From assembly GCA_019058015.1 (NCBI GenBank), contig JAHLWH010000200.1, positions 1 through 25,158 on the forward strand: 25,158 nt of DNA. The letters are read 5' to 3'. Positions 17,727 to 25,158 of the stretch are shown here, in pieces. The notes beneath the pieces were generated by a model. It saw nothing but the letters and a program-made list of their open reading frames with translations, had not been told where the DNA came from and did no database searches. This DNA comes from Promethearchaeota archaeon. Its GTDB lineage: Archaea > Asgardarchaeota > Lokiarchaeia > Sigyniarchaeales > SOKP01. The position numbers and the translations under genes are program-made. Position 1 is the stretch's first letter; each line of letters opens with the position of its first letter.

Positions 17727-18344
17727 CTATCGAGCAGAAACCGCAATTCTTTCAATTTCGTCTTTTCTTTTAATTGCTTTAGAATTTTGACTTTTTTTTG
17801 AAGCCGCTATTAATTCCTGAGCGATAGCTTCTTCAATTGTAATTATATTACCATGTGTTTCATTGACAATAGCATGAACAAGTAATTTTAATGCAAGATC
17901 AACTCTACGCTGTGGAGCAATATCAACGGCACTTGCATATGAAATTCCACCCATTGCGATTTTTGTAGTTTCTTCTCTTGGAGCAACATTTTCAATTGCA
18001 TTAATTAACACTTGCAAAGGATTCATACCCGTTTTTAACTCAATTAATGAAAATGCAGTCTCAACCAATTTAATTAGTTTACTTTTTTTACCTGAATTAT
18101 AAGAGCTTTTATGACCCTTTACTTTTCCACTTATAAAACCCGGAGATTGAAGTTTATTAATAAAACGTTCTATAATAGAGATATTAGATTTCCAAAATCT
18201 TTTGTGCGTATGACGACCTTGAGAATCAGGTATTATAATCGGTTTTAAATTAATATATCTCTCTAAGCTATAATCATGAATTTCAATATCGAAATCCCAT
18301 TTATTAAAAAATTTTATTATGGGTTTTTTCTTTGTTTTGCTCAT
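17727..18344 (-). CDS. rps7: 30S ribosomal protein S7 (uS7)
   Basis: 'FNKWD', 'NPLQVLINAIENVAPREE', 'AVDIAPQRRVD' and 'KDEIERIAVSAR'. Likely ATG 18344; the ORF track starts at TTG 18359. Confidence 0.97.
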   Translation of the reverse strand: MSKTKKKPIIKFFNKWDFDIEIHDYSLERYINLKPIIIPDSQGRHTHKRFWKSNISIIERFINKLQSPGFISGKVKGHKSSYNSGKKSKLIKLVETAFSLIELKTGMNPLQVLINAIENVAPREETTKIAMGGISYASAVDIAPQRRVDLALKLLVHAIVNETHGNIITIEEAIAQELIAASKKSQNSKAIKRKDEIERIAVSAR

Positions 18345-18523
18345 ATGCTCACATAACAATCAAAAATATCTATTGTTGAATATAAAATTCCATTTCTCTT
18401 AAATTTATCTTTCACCTAAAGAAAAATTAGAAAGTAATGAAGCGAAAATAACAGTAAAATTTAATTAAAGTGATTAAATATTAAAATATAACAAAAAAAT
18501 TTTCACAATAAATTGAGTTTTAA

Positions 18524-18952
18524 ATGCCTAAGGGTCTATATAGTGCAAGAGCACTAAAACGAAATCGGAAAAAATTTAGATGGAGTAAGACAAAATATAA
18601 AAGAAAAAAGCTTAAATTAAAACAAAAAGCAGATCCATTACAAGGCGCCCCAGCTGCTGAAGGAATAGTGCTTGAGAAGGTGGGTAGAGAGAGTAAACAA
18701 CCTAACAGTGCAATACGTAAATGTCTTAGAGTCCAATTAAGAAAGAATGGCAAAACTATTACTGCCTTCCTTCCAGGTGATGGAGCGCTTAATTTCATCC
18801 AGGAACATGACACTGTATTGGTAGAGGGCATAGGTGGTGCAAAGGGAAGGGCAGTGGGTGATTTACCTGGTGTTAGGTGGAAAGTAACAAAGGTTAACGG
18901 AGTAAGTTTAGAAGCTTTAATAGCTGGAAAGCGAGAAAAAACTATGCGCTAA
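18524..18952 (+). CDS. rps12: 30S ribosomal protein S12 (uS12)
   Basis: 'PKGLYSAR', '[10 protein letters not shown]', 'TAFLPGDG' and '[10 protein letters not shown]'. Opposite strand to both neighbours. Confidence 0.98.
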   Translation: MPKGLYSARALKRNRKKFRWSKTKYKRKKLKLKQKADPLQGAPAAEGIVLEKVGRESKQPNSAIRKCLRVQLRKNGKTITAFLPGDGALNFIQEHDTVLVEGIGGAKGRAVGDLPGVRWKVTKVNGVSLEALIAGKREKTMR

Positions 18953-18976
18953 CTTATTTTTGTGTATATATTAAAA

Positions 18977-19003
18977 CTAGGGCTTTTTATTGAACAAACC
19001 TAG
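18977..19003. terminator. Imperfect hairpin between convergent rps12 and nusA
   Basis: CTAGG(18977-81)…CCTAG(18999-19003) stem, extendable by TTT/AAA pairs, 24 nt after the rps12 stop. T-rich context. Confidence 0.3.
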
Positions 19004-19101
19004 ATAATATTAAGTATTTATTTAATTTATTTAGATCAAGCTAATTTAATCCAATTAGAAATTATATTAAAAATTAGGAAGTAAAAAAACTGCTATTATA
19101 T

Positions 19102-19563
19102 TTAATTTTTCGTGTTGACAATACAATTATCAGCATTAAAATGTCGTAATACGAGCAGTTTAGTTTTCTTTATCATTATTCCATTCTTTCCAATGGCTTT
19201 ACCCTTATCTTCAGGATTAACGGTTATGATAACCGTTTTCTTCCCGCTAATATTTTCTCTAATTTCAACATTTTGGACTTTACTTGTATTAAGAATATTT
19301 TGAATAAATTCTTTAAGATCTTCGGAAAATCCAATTATATCTATAGTTTTCTGTAGTTTTTCCTTTAAAATTTTAACATTCTCTCCATTTCTACCAATTG
19401 CTTTTCCAACATCTTCTTTTAATACGAGAAATATGACCTTATCTCGTACTCCCATTTTTCCAGGGATTACAATACAATCTTTAACAACAGCACCAGTTAA
19501 ATTATTAAATAGAGAAATTAACTTTATAGATTCCTCATCAATTTTAACAGCTTTTCTATGCAT
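19102..19563 (-). CDS. nusA: Archaeal NusA (two KH domains)
   Basis: 'TGAVVKDC', 'VGKAIGRNGENVK' and 'DKGKAIGKNG'. Follows L30e; GAGG SD upstream. Confidence 0.95.
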   Translation of the reverse strand: MHRKAVKIDEESIKLISLFNNLTGAVVKDCIVIPGKMGVRDKVIFLVLKEDVGKAIGRNGENVKILKEKLQKTIDIIGFSEDLKEFIQNILNTSKVQNVEIRENISGKKTVIITVNPEDKGKAIGKNGIMIKKTKLLVLRHFNADNCIVNTKN

Positions 19564-19585
19564 TAGAATTCCTCATTAAATGATT

Positions 19586-19948
19586 TCATTTTATTAATTG
19601 TAATAGATCTGAATCTCCTTCATCATAAACTCCCAATGTAGAAACCATAAAGGGTTTTCCACAAGCTAAACCTAATTCCCAGCTTGACTGGTTAAATTTA
19701 TAAATAAAAATAGGATCATCTAAAAGAGAATTTTGATACTTTATCTTATTCTCAATATTCATGGGACAATTATCAGCTAGTATAATCATTTTAAATCTAT
19801 GAAGTCTTATCTCTTGTATGGTTCTTTTTGAACCAATAATTACCTTTCCACTTTTAACTGCAATATTAATGTTTTTTCTAACATCGAATTCTTTTTCTTT
19901 TCTTTTTCGTTCCGTTTTATATTTAGAGACCAAACTTTTGGTAGACAT
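19586..19948 (-). CDS. rpl30e: 50S ribosomal protein L30e
   Basis: 'AVKSGKVIIGSK…ILADNCP…ELGLACGKPFMVS…DEGDSDLL', with a basic N-terminal extension. Confidence 0.96.
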   Translation of the reverse strand: MSTKSLVSKYKTERKRKEKEFDVRKNINIAVKSGKVIIGSKRTIQEIRLHRFKMIILADNCPMNIENKIKYQNSLLDDPIFIYKFNQSSWELGLACGKPFMVSTLGVYDEGDSDLLQLIK

Positions 19949-20063
19949 ACTTATTTTTCCCGCAGAATTTTTTGGAATAATAGGTTTGTTTTCAATTATA
20001 AAATAATTAATTCTTTATAACATTTATATTTAATATTTTATGTATTGTTAAATAAAATCTTTA

Positions 20064-21299
20064 TCATTCATCATTTAAATCTTCTGATAATAACTTTTCC
20101 TCTTTCTTTTCTTTTTCCTTTAGAATCTTTAAATTATCATCTAAAGACATCATAAGTTCGACTCCTCCAGTACCCATTGGTACGATTTGACCTATTATAA
20201 CATTTTCAGGAATTCCAAGCAATAGTTCTTCTTCTCCATATATTCCGGCATCTAAAAGTTGATTTACTGTCACTTCAAACGCTGCTCTTGCAAATACACT
20301 TGATTTTGACCCAGAAATTCCATGCCGTCCAATAGATAAAACTGTTCCATTTTGACACATTAAGTCAGCTAGAATTAATAAATGCCTTAAATCAACATCT
20401 AAACCTTGATCTTCAAGAACTTCCAATGCTTCATTAATTAAGAGGTTTCGAGCTGCTTCGATTCCGAAAATTTTTTGAACCTCATGAATATGATTTGAGT
20501 AGGTTCTTGTTGAATCTACCCCTTCAATCTCAAGAACGCCTTGTAAATTAGTTCCTTCTGTCTGTATTATCCATTCATCAACCTTTGAATCCTTTGTTAT
20601 TAAACCTCTCTTTATACCTCTTACTCCCTTAATTACTTTCTTTAGGATTTTTTCTCTTAATTTTTGAAGTTTTTGTAAATCTTCTATTCCAGAATCTATT
20701 ATAATCGAATATTTTTCTTTCTTAATTGAACCTTTTTTTTTATAACGTTTTAAAATCTTGGGAATATCATCAATACTTATATTTTTTTTTTTTAACATTT
20801 CTGGGATTAAGTTGATATGGATACGCCATTCTATGAAATCTAAATCTACATCATATGTAATATTTTCAATTCTGATTTGTTCAATACGATTATGAACTTC
20901 CTTAGCCATTTCTTCATCATGAGCATATTCTTCTTCTAAAAATATTTTCATAATTGGAGTTGAAGGAAATCGACGAGCATCAACTAATTCGATTAAACGT
21001 GGAAGACCTTGAGTAACCGAGAATTCTGCAACGCCTGCGTAGTGAAATGTCCGTAAAGTCATTTGTGTTCCTGGTTCCCCTATACTCTGAGCCGCAACTG
21101 TTCCAACTGGTTCAGCAGGCTCTATTAATGAATTCATATATATAACGTAAAGTTTATCTGCTAAGTAATCTATTTGAGATTCGGTTAATTGTTCCTTTAT
21201 TATTTTTTCTTTAACACGTGTTATTAAATCATGAGGAATTCCATCTTTTTCAAGATTTTCTAAACAATTATCGATATATTTTTCCGACGCTTTTGACAT
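20064..21299 (-). CDS. rpoA2: DNA-directed RNA polymerase subunit A'' (Rpo1C)
   Basis: '[24 protein letters not shown]', 'GLPRLIE', 'RHL.ILADLM' and 'ARAAFE'. GAGGT SD upstream. Confidence 0.98.
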   Translation of the reverse strand: MSKASEKYIDNCLENLEKDGIPHDLITRVKEKIIKEQLTESQIDYLADKLYVIYMNSLIEPAEPVGTVAAQSIGEPGTQMTLRTFHYAGVAEFSVTQGLPRLIELVDARRFPSTPIMKIFLEEEYAHDEEMAKEVHNRIEQIRIENITYDVDLDFIEWRIHINLIPEMLKKKNISIDDIPKILKRYKKKGSIKKEKYSIIIDSGIEDLQKLQKLREKILKKVIKGVRGIKRGLITKDSKVDEWIIQTEGTNLQGVLEIEGVDSTRTYSNHIHEVQKIFGIEAARNLLINEALEVLEDQGLDVDLRHLLILADLMCQNGTVLSIGRHGISGSKSSVFARAAFEVTVNQLLDAGIYGEEELLLGIPENVIIGQIVPMGTGGVELMMSLDDNLKILKEKEKKEEKLLSEDLNDE

Positions 21300-21326
21300 T
21301 AAATTTTACCTCTAAATTATAAAATT

Positions 21327-24248
21327 TTATTTTTTAACTCCATGTTTTTCATTTTTCCATTCAATAAATTGTTTTGTTTGTTTTCCACGCCAGATTGCCT
21401 TTTTCCCTGTTTCCTTTTCAAATTCTTGAATTAGAGATTCTTCATCAAGAATTTTTTCTTCTTTTTTCATTGGCTGCTTTGGAATTATTTTTTTTTTTTT
21501 CCCAGGAACTTTTTTCACTGGTGTTTTTTTCTCCGAAGTTTTAGTGGTTGGTATTTTCTTGGCATATTTTAACGCTTTGGCTTTTAATATTAAAAGGTCA
21601 AGGTTTATTGCTAAGCCATGGTCGCTTTTAGAGGGATCAATTCCATCATCACCAAATTGAAATTGTACAATACTCTTATTAGCATCTCTTACAGTATTAT
21701 CATTTTCAACAATTACATCTTGTAATGCATTAACTAACCTTCTTTGCATATACCCACTTTGACTAGTTCTGACAGCAGTATCAACAAGTCCCTCTCTACC
21801 ACCCATTGAATGGAAGAAAAACTCTTCAGGATTCAGCCCTTTTCGATATGATGATGAAACAAATCCTCTTGCTTTAGGAGAGAGATCATTAATCTTATAG
21901 TGAGGTAATGTTCTCTTTATATATCCTCGATGAATTCTTTCACCCCGAATTGCTTGTTGCCCAACTACTGCAGCCATTTGACCAAGATTTAGAGGATTAC
22001 CTCGCGCTCCAGATTTTGTCATTATTACCGAATGGGCTTGATCTCCAATATCAAGTGATGCAATCGTTTCAGCTTTCTTTCTTGTATCGTTTAATATCCC
22101 TCTAACTCTTAATTCCAAAGTTTCTTTTAAAGTTCTTCCTGGGGCTCGAGATAAAACAGTCTCATCTTTGCTATAGTATGCTTTTATGAGTTCTTCACAT
22201 TCTACATTTGCTTTATCTATAGCATTTATGATTTCTTCCATTGCATCACCTTTTACAAAAACTTCATCTAGCCCAATAGTAATTCCATTCATTCTTATTA
22301 CATAAAGGAGCATTTGTATCGAATTATCCAAAAACACTCTCCCTCTTTCATTTCCATTATCTTTTATTATTCGGTGCAAAATACTATTCGGTTTCATTGC
22401 TCCAAAAGTATTTTCATCAATAGTTCCAGTTATCAATTTCCCGTTTTCAATATGAACATATGCATCATATTCACAGTCATCCTCTTTACATACGTCACAT
22501 TTCTTGCAAAACTTTGATCTTTGCCGTAAATTTAAACTTCGTGGAAATAATGCAGAAAAAATTGACTTTCCAGAATATTTTGGGTCTGGATCTGTCGTTA
22601 CTGGTGTTAAATCAATTATTGAAAAATCAGGATTTGTGTCAAATATTCTACCTAAATACAATAATTTTAAAGTATCCTTAATATTATAAACAGAGTCCTT
22701 ACTTGTAAATTGATAAACAGTAGATATAAAATCTTGAATTCCACCTATTATAGGTCCACCAAAACGAGGAGATAACATATGGTTTTGAACCTTTAAAAGT
22801 AATTCTGCTTCAGTCCTTGCCTCTTCACTCTGTGGGACATGCAAATTCATCTCATCTCCATCGAAATCTGCATTATATGGAGGACAAATTGTTAAATTTA
22901 ATCTAAATGTTCTTCCATCCATAATTTTTACTTCATGAGCCATAATTGACATTCTATGAAGTGAAGGTTGGCGATTAAATAAGATTAAATCTCCATTATT
23001 AAGGTGCCTTTCAACAATATAACCAGGTACTAGTGTTTCTGCAATTACATCTCTATTCTTAACATATCGGAGATCTATTCTCCGATTATCAGTTCTTATT
23101 AAATAATTTGCTCCTGGATGCATAAAAGGTCCATTTATAACTAGTCGTTTCATCTCTCCAATATTCCAAGGATTTACATTAGATGGAATTGTGAGTATTT
23201 TTGCAATAGTGGTTGGTACTCCCACTTCATTAATACTAATATGAGGATTAGGTGAAATTACACTTCTGGCGGAAAAATCTACTCTTTTCCCACTCAAATT
23301 ACTTCTAAATCGTCCCTCCTTACCCTTTAATCTCTGTGTAATTGTTCGTAAGGCTCTACCAGATCTATGCCGTGCAGGAGGAATTCCAGAAACTTCATTA
23401 TCAAAATATGTAGTAATATGATATTGTAAAAGTTCCCATAAATCTTCCACAATAAGATGTGGTGCTCCAGCGTCAAGATTTTCTCTCAATCTTTGATTTA
23501 TACGGATTACATCAACTAATTTATGAGTTAAATCATCCTCCGATCTAATTCCACTATCTAATGTAATTGAAGGCCTAACACAAACTGGTGGAATAGGTAA
23601 AACCTCCAATATTGTCCATTCAGGTCTAGCAGAAGCTGGAGAGATTCCCATAATTCTAAGATCATTATCAGTAATTCTTGTTAATCTCTCTCTAATATCC
23701 ATTGGAGTCAATCTTCTTGAACCTTTACCCTCTTCCTCTTCATAAAAAGTAGTAGGTTTCTCTATAACATTTTTTTTCTTTCTTGCTCCACAATATGGAC
23801 ATTTTTTTGCTTTTCTTGCAGTTTTATAAATTATCTTAGTTATTTCTTCATCACTTTCAAAATACATCTCACGATGTTTCTCTTGTTCTTTAATATATTT
23901 TTCCTTTTCATCTTCAGTGAGCATGAGCCTTGAGCATTCTGGGCATATACTACGTAGAATCTTTAAAACCTTTTTTGCATAACCACAATGAATAATAGGT
24001 CTGGCCATTTCAATGTGGCCAAAATGGCCCATACATTGACTTACAAGATTTCCGCATGTTTGGCAACGCTGACCAGGCTCAATCGTGCCCAAGCGTTGAT
24101 CCATAAGACCAGATGGAATAGGAAGGCCATCTTCATCATATGTATCGGCAGTAATGATTCTGGCACAGCTTAACTTACGTATTTCATCTGGAGAGAGGAT
24201 CCCGAACCTAATTTTTTCGATTATCTTGGTTTTTAAATAACTACTCAA
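21327..24248 (-). CDS. rpoA1: DNA-directed RNA polymerase subunit A' (Rpo1N)
   Basis: Catalytic 'YNADFDGDEMN', 'GKRVDFSAR', 'NRQPSLH' and 'GGREGLVDTAVRTSQSGY'. TTG start; about 80-aa C-terminal extension. Confidence 0.98.
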   Translation of the reverse strand: MSSYLKTKIIEKIRFGILSPDEIRKLSCARIITADTYDEDGLPIPSGLMDQRLGTIEPGQRCQTCGNLVSQCMGHFGHIEMARPIIHCGYAKKVLKILRSICPECSRLMLTEDEKEKYIKEQEKHREMYFESDEEITKIIYKTARKAKKCPYCGARKKKNVIEKPTTFYEEEEGKGSRRLTPMDIRERLTRITDNDLRIMGISPASARPEWTILEVLPIPPVCVRPSITLDSGIRSEDDLTHKLVDVIRINQRLRENLDAGAPHLIVEDLWELLQYHITTYFDNEVSGIPPARHRSGRALRTITQRLKGKEGRFRSNLSGKRVDFSARSVISPNPHISINEVGVPTTIAKILTIPSNVNPWNIGEMKRLVINGPFMHPGANYLIRTDNRRIDLRYVKNRDVIAETLVPGYIVERHLNNGDLILFNRQPSLHRMSIMAHEVKIMDGRTFRLNLTICPPYNADFDGDEMNLHVPQSEEARTEAELLLKVQNHMLSPRFGGPIIGGIQDFISTVYQFTSKDSVYNIKDTLKLLYLGRIFDTNPDFSIIDLTPVTTDPDPKYSGKSIFSALFPRSLNLRQRSKFCKKCDVCKEDDCEYDAYVHIENGKLITGTIDENTFGAMKPNSILHRIIKDNGNERGRVFLDNSIQMLLYVIRMNGITIGLDEVFVKGDAMEEIINAIDKANVECEELIKAYYSKDETVLSRAPGRTLKETLELRVRGILNDTRKKAETIASLDIGDQAHSVIMTKSGARGNPLNLGQMAAVVGQQAIRGERIHRGYIKRTLPHYKINDLSPKARGFVSSSYRKGLNPEEFFFHSMGGREGLVDTAVRTSQSGYMQRRLVNALQDVIVENDNTVRDANKSIVQFQFGDDGIDPSKSDHGLAINLDLLILKAKALKYAKKIPTTKTSEKKTPVKKVPGKKKKIIPKQPMKKEEKILDEESLIQEFEKETGKKAIWRGKQTKQFIEWKNEKHGVKK

Positions 24249-24257
24249 AGAGTAAAG

Positions 24258-24263
24258 ACCTCA
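24258..24263 (-). promoter_or_regulatory. Shine-Dalgarno-like TGAGGT upstream of the rpoA' TTG start
   Basis: Minus strand reads TGAGGT-ctttactct-TTG. Similar GAGGT/GAGG motifs precede rpoA'' and nusA. Confidence 0.5.
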
Positions 24264-24631
24264 TTTTATTTTTTTTATATATTGATTGAAATAAGAAATA
24301 AACCTACAAAACAAGTTAGAATAAATCTCCTAATTTTGGTTTGTAAGATTTTCTCATGAAGCAAATCTTAAAAATTTTTCTAAAATTTTAATTCTAACTC
24401 AATTAAACAACATAATAGGTCAAACAAAATTAATCTTTTTTAAAATTCAAAACTATTTCTAAATATTTACCTTCATATCGAAAGAAAGTTATCTATAACG
24501 CAAAGTAACATAATAAATCTGCAATAAATAAAAAAAATAAGAGAGATTGGCAAATTGAGCGAGCTAGAAGCAAAAATCGTTATTTTCAGCAATGAAACAC
24601 ATTTCTCTATATAAAATTCAAGTGATTGTCA

Positions 24632-24979
24632 CTATACTTTTTGATTTAATATTGTGAAGCTGCAAGAGGAAACATTGAACTTTTTTGTATAATTTTCCAC
24701 AATCTCCCTTAAGTGTGTATCATTCTCCACTGCTTCAAAAAACTTTTCAAAATCTTCAATATCTTTGAAGATCATTTGCTCCGTATATTTATTTTTTTTC
24801 TGAGTAAATTGGTAGGGAAAGTACTTTTTCACTTCCGTGGGCATAAATAATTCATACCGCTTACAGTTGTGGGATTCATAAAATGGTTTCAATTTTTCCC
24901 TTGCAAACTTAAGGAAATCTTCCAACTTTTCTGGAAGCACCTCACACGACCATTGGACCAGAATCAAATCCTTTAACAA
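24632..24979 (-). CDS. Small dimeric alpha-beta barrel protein (NIPSNAP/ABM-like), hypothetical
   Basis: 115 aa with the ferredoxin-like pattern 'EVLPEKLEDFLKF…LKPFYESH…F.DIEDFEKF'. TTG start. Confidence 0.55.
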   Translation of the reverse strand: MLKDLILVQWSCEVLPEKLEDFLKFAREKLKPFYESHNCKRYELFMPTEVKKYFPYQFTQKKNKYTEQMIFKDIEDFEKFFEAVENDTHLREIVENYTKKFNVSSCSFTILNQKV

Positions 24980-25158
24980 CTCTTAAAAAATTTTTTAATT
25001 ATAGATCTTATCTTTTATTCAGTGAACCTTCTAATTGTTTATAAAAATTTGGTAATTTCTATAAAATTCCAAAATTTATTCCAATCATCAATCTTTCCTT
25101 TTTTAGAAAGACCAGCCTTAAGGTTATCGGGCTGTGCGCTCGTCGCCGAGTTCAAGAC

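Noticed and set aside
18520-18831. Minus-strand 103-aa ORF in the 'expected' orientation for rps12
   Set aside because: It is only the antisense shadow of the real S12 on + and has no S12 motifs.
22470-22510. Cys cluster CKKCDVC…C in RpoA'
   Set aside because: A normal Zn-binding segment of archaeal A' subunits, not an intein or novel insertion.
19112-24173. Plus-strand ORFs 19112-19303, 19818-20006, 21908-22105, 22314-22517, 22460-22681, 22504-22689 and 23988-24173
   Set aside because: Antisense shadows of nusA, L30e and rpoA'.
24241-24264. 7-codon uORF (MRSLLFE*) overlapping the rpoA' start
   Set aside because: The ATG is part of the SD-like ATGAGGT and is likely incidental.
24492-24586. 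Possible integron attC site (ATAACG…CGTTAT) downstream of the small barrel gene
   Set aside because: The ends do not fit RYYYAAC/GTTRRRY, the interior is not palindromic, and no integrase is in view.
25100-25158. tRNA-Leu(TAA)-like appearance (CT-TAA-G loop, TTCAAG)
   Set aside because: No acceptor stem or D arm upstream (AT-rich run) and the anticodon arm spacing is wrong, so it was not called as a tRNA.

Overview
AT-rich (roughly 25-30% GC by eye) archaeal chromosome segment, most consistent with an Asgard (Lokiarchaeia-like) genome; this assignment is inferred from gene content and protein style. The right two-thirds is core information-processing machinery: aIF2-alpha, Nop10, Gins51, PriS, PriL, PCNA, an RPA3-like OB protein, TFS, S27e, L44e, pyrB, S7, S12, NusA, L30e, RpoA'' and RpoA'. 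Two classically conserved archaeal superoperons are scrambled by local inversions, most strikingly rps12 flipped in place between nusA and rps7. Three things stand out. (1) A 709-aa wHTH + ATP-cone + class III ribonucleotide-reductase-like protein that lacks every catalytic and radical motif, a candidate nucleotide-sensing transcription factor next to pyrB. (2) An uncharacterised 5.4-kb locus (2221-7624) combining a RadA paralog with an extra C-terminal HhH domain, a degenerate RadB/Rad51-paralog ATPase, a stand-alone topoisomerase-type Zn ribbon, two pilin-like hairpin membrane proteins, a membrane metallopeptidase and a tandem-repeat surface glycoprotein. This may be a DNA uptake/exchange-recombination module. 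(3) A TFB-cyclin-like gene split by a -1 frameshift in an A13 run. No CRISPR array, rRNA, complete tRNA or transposase was recognised.
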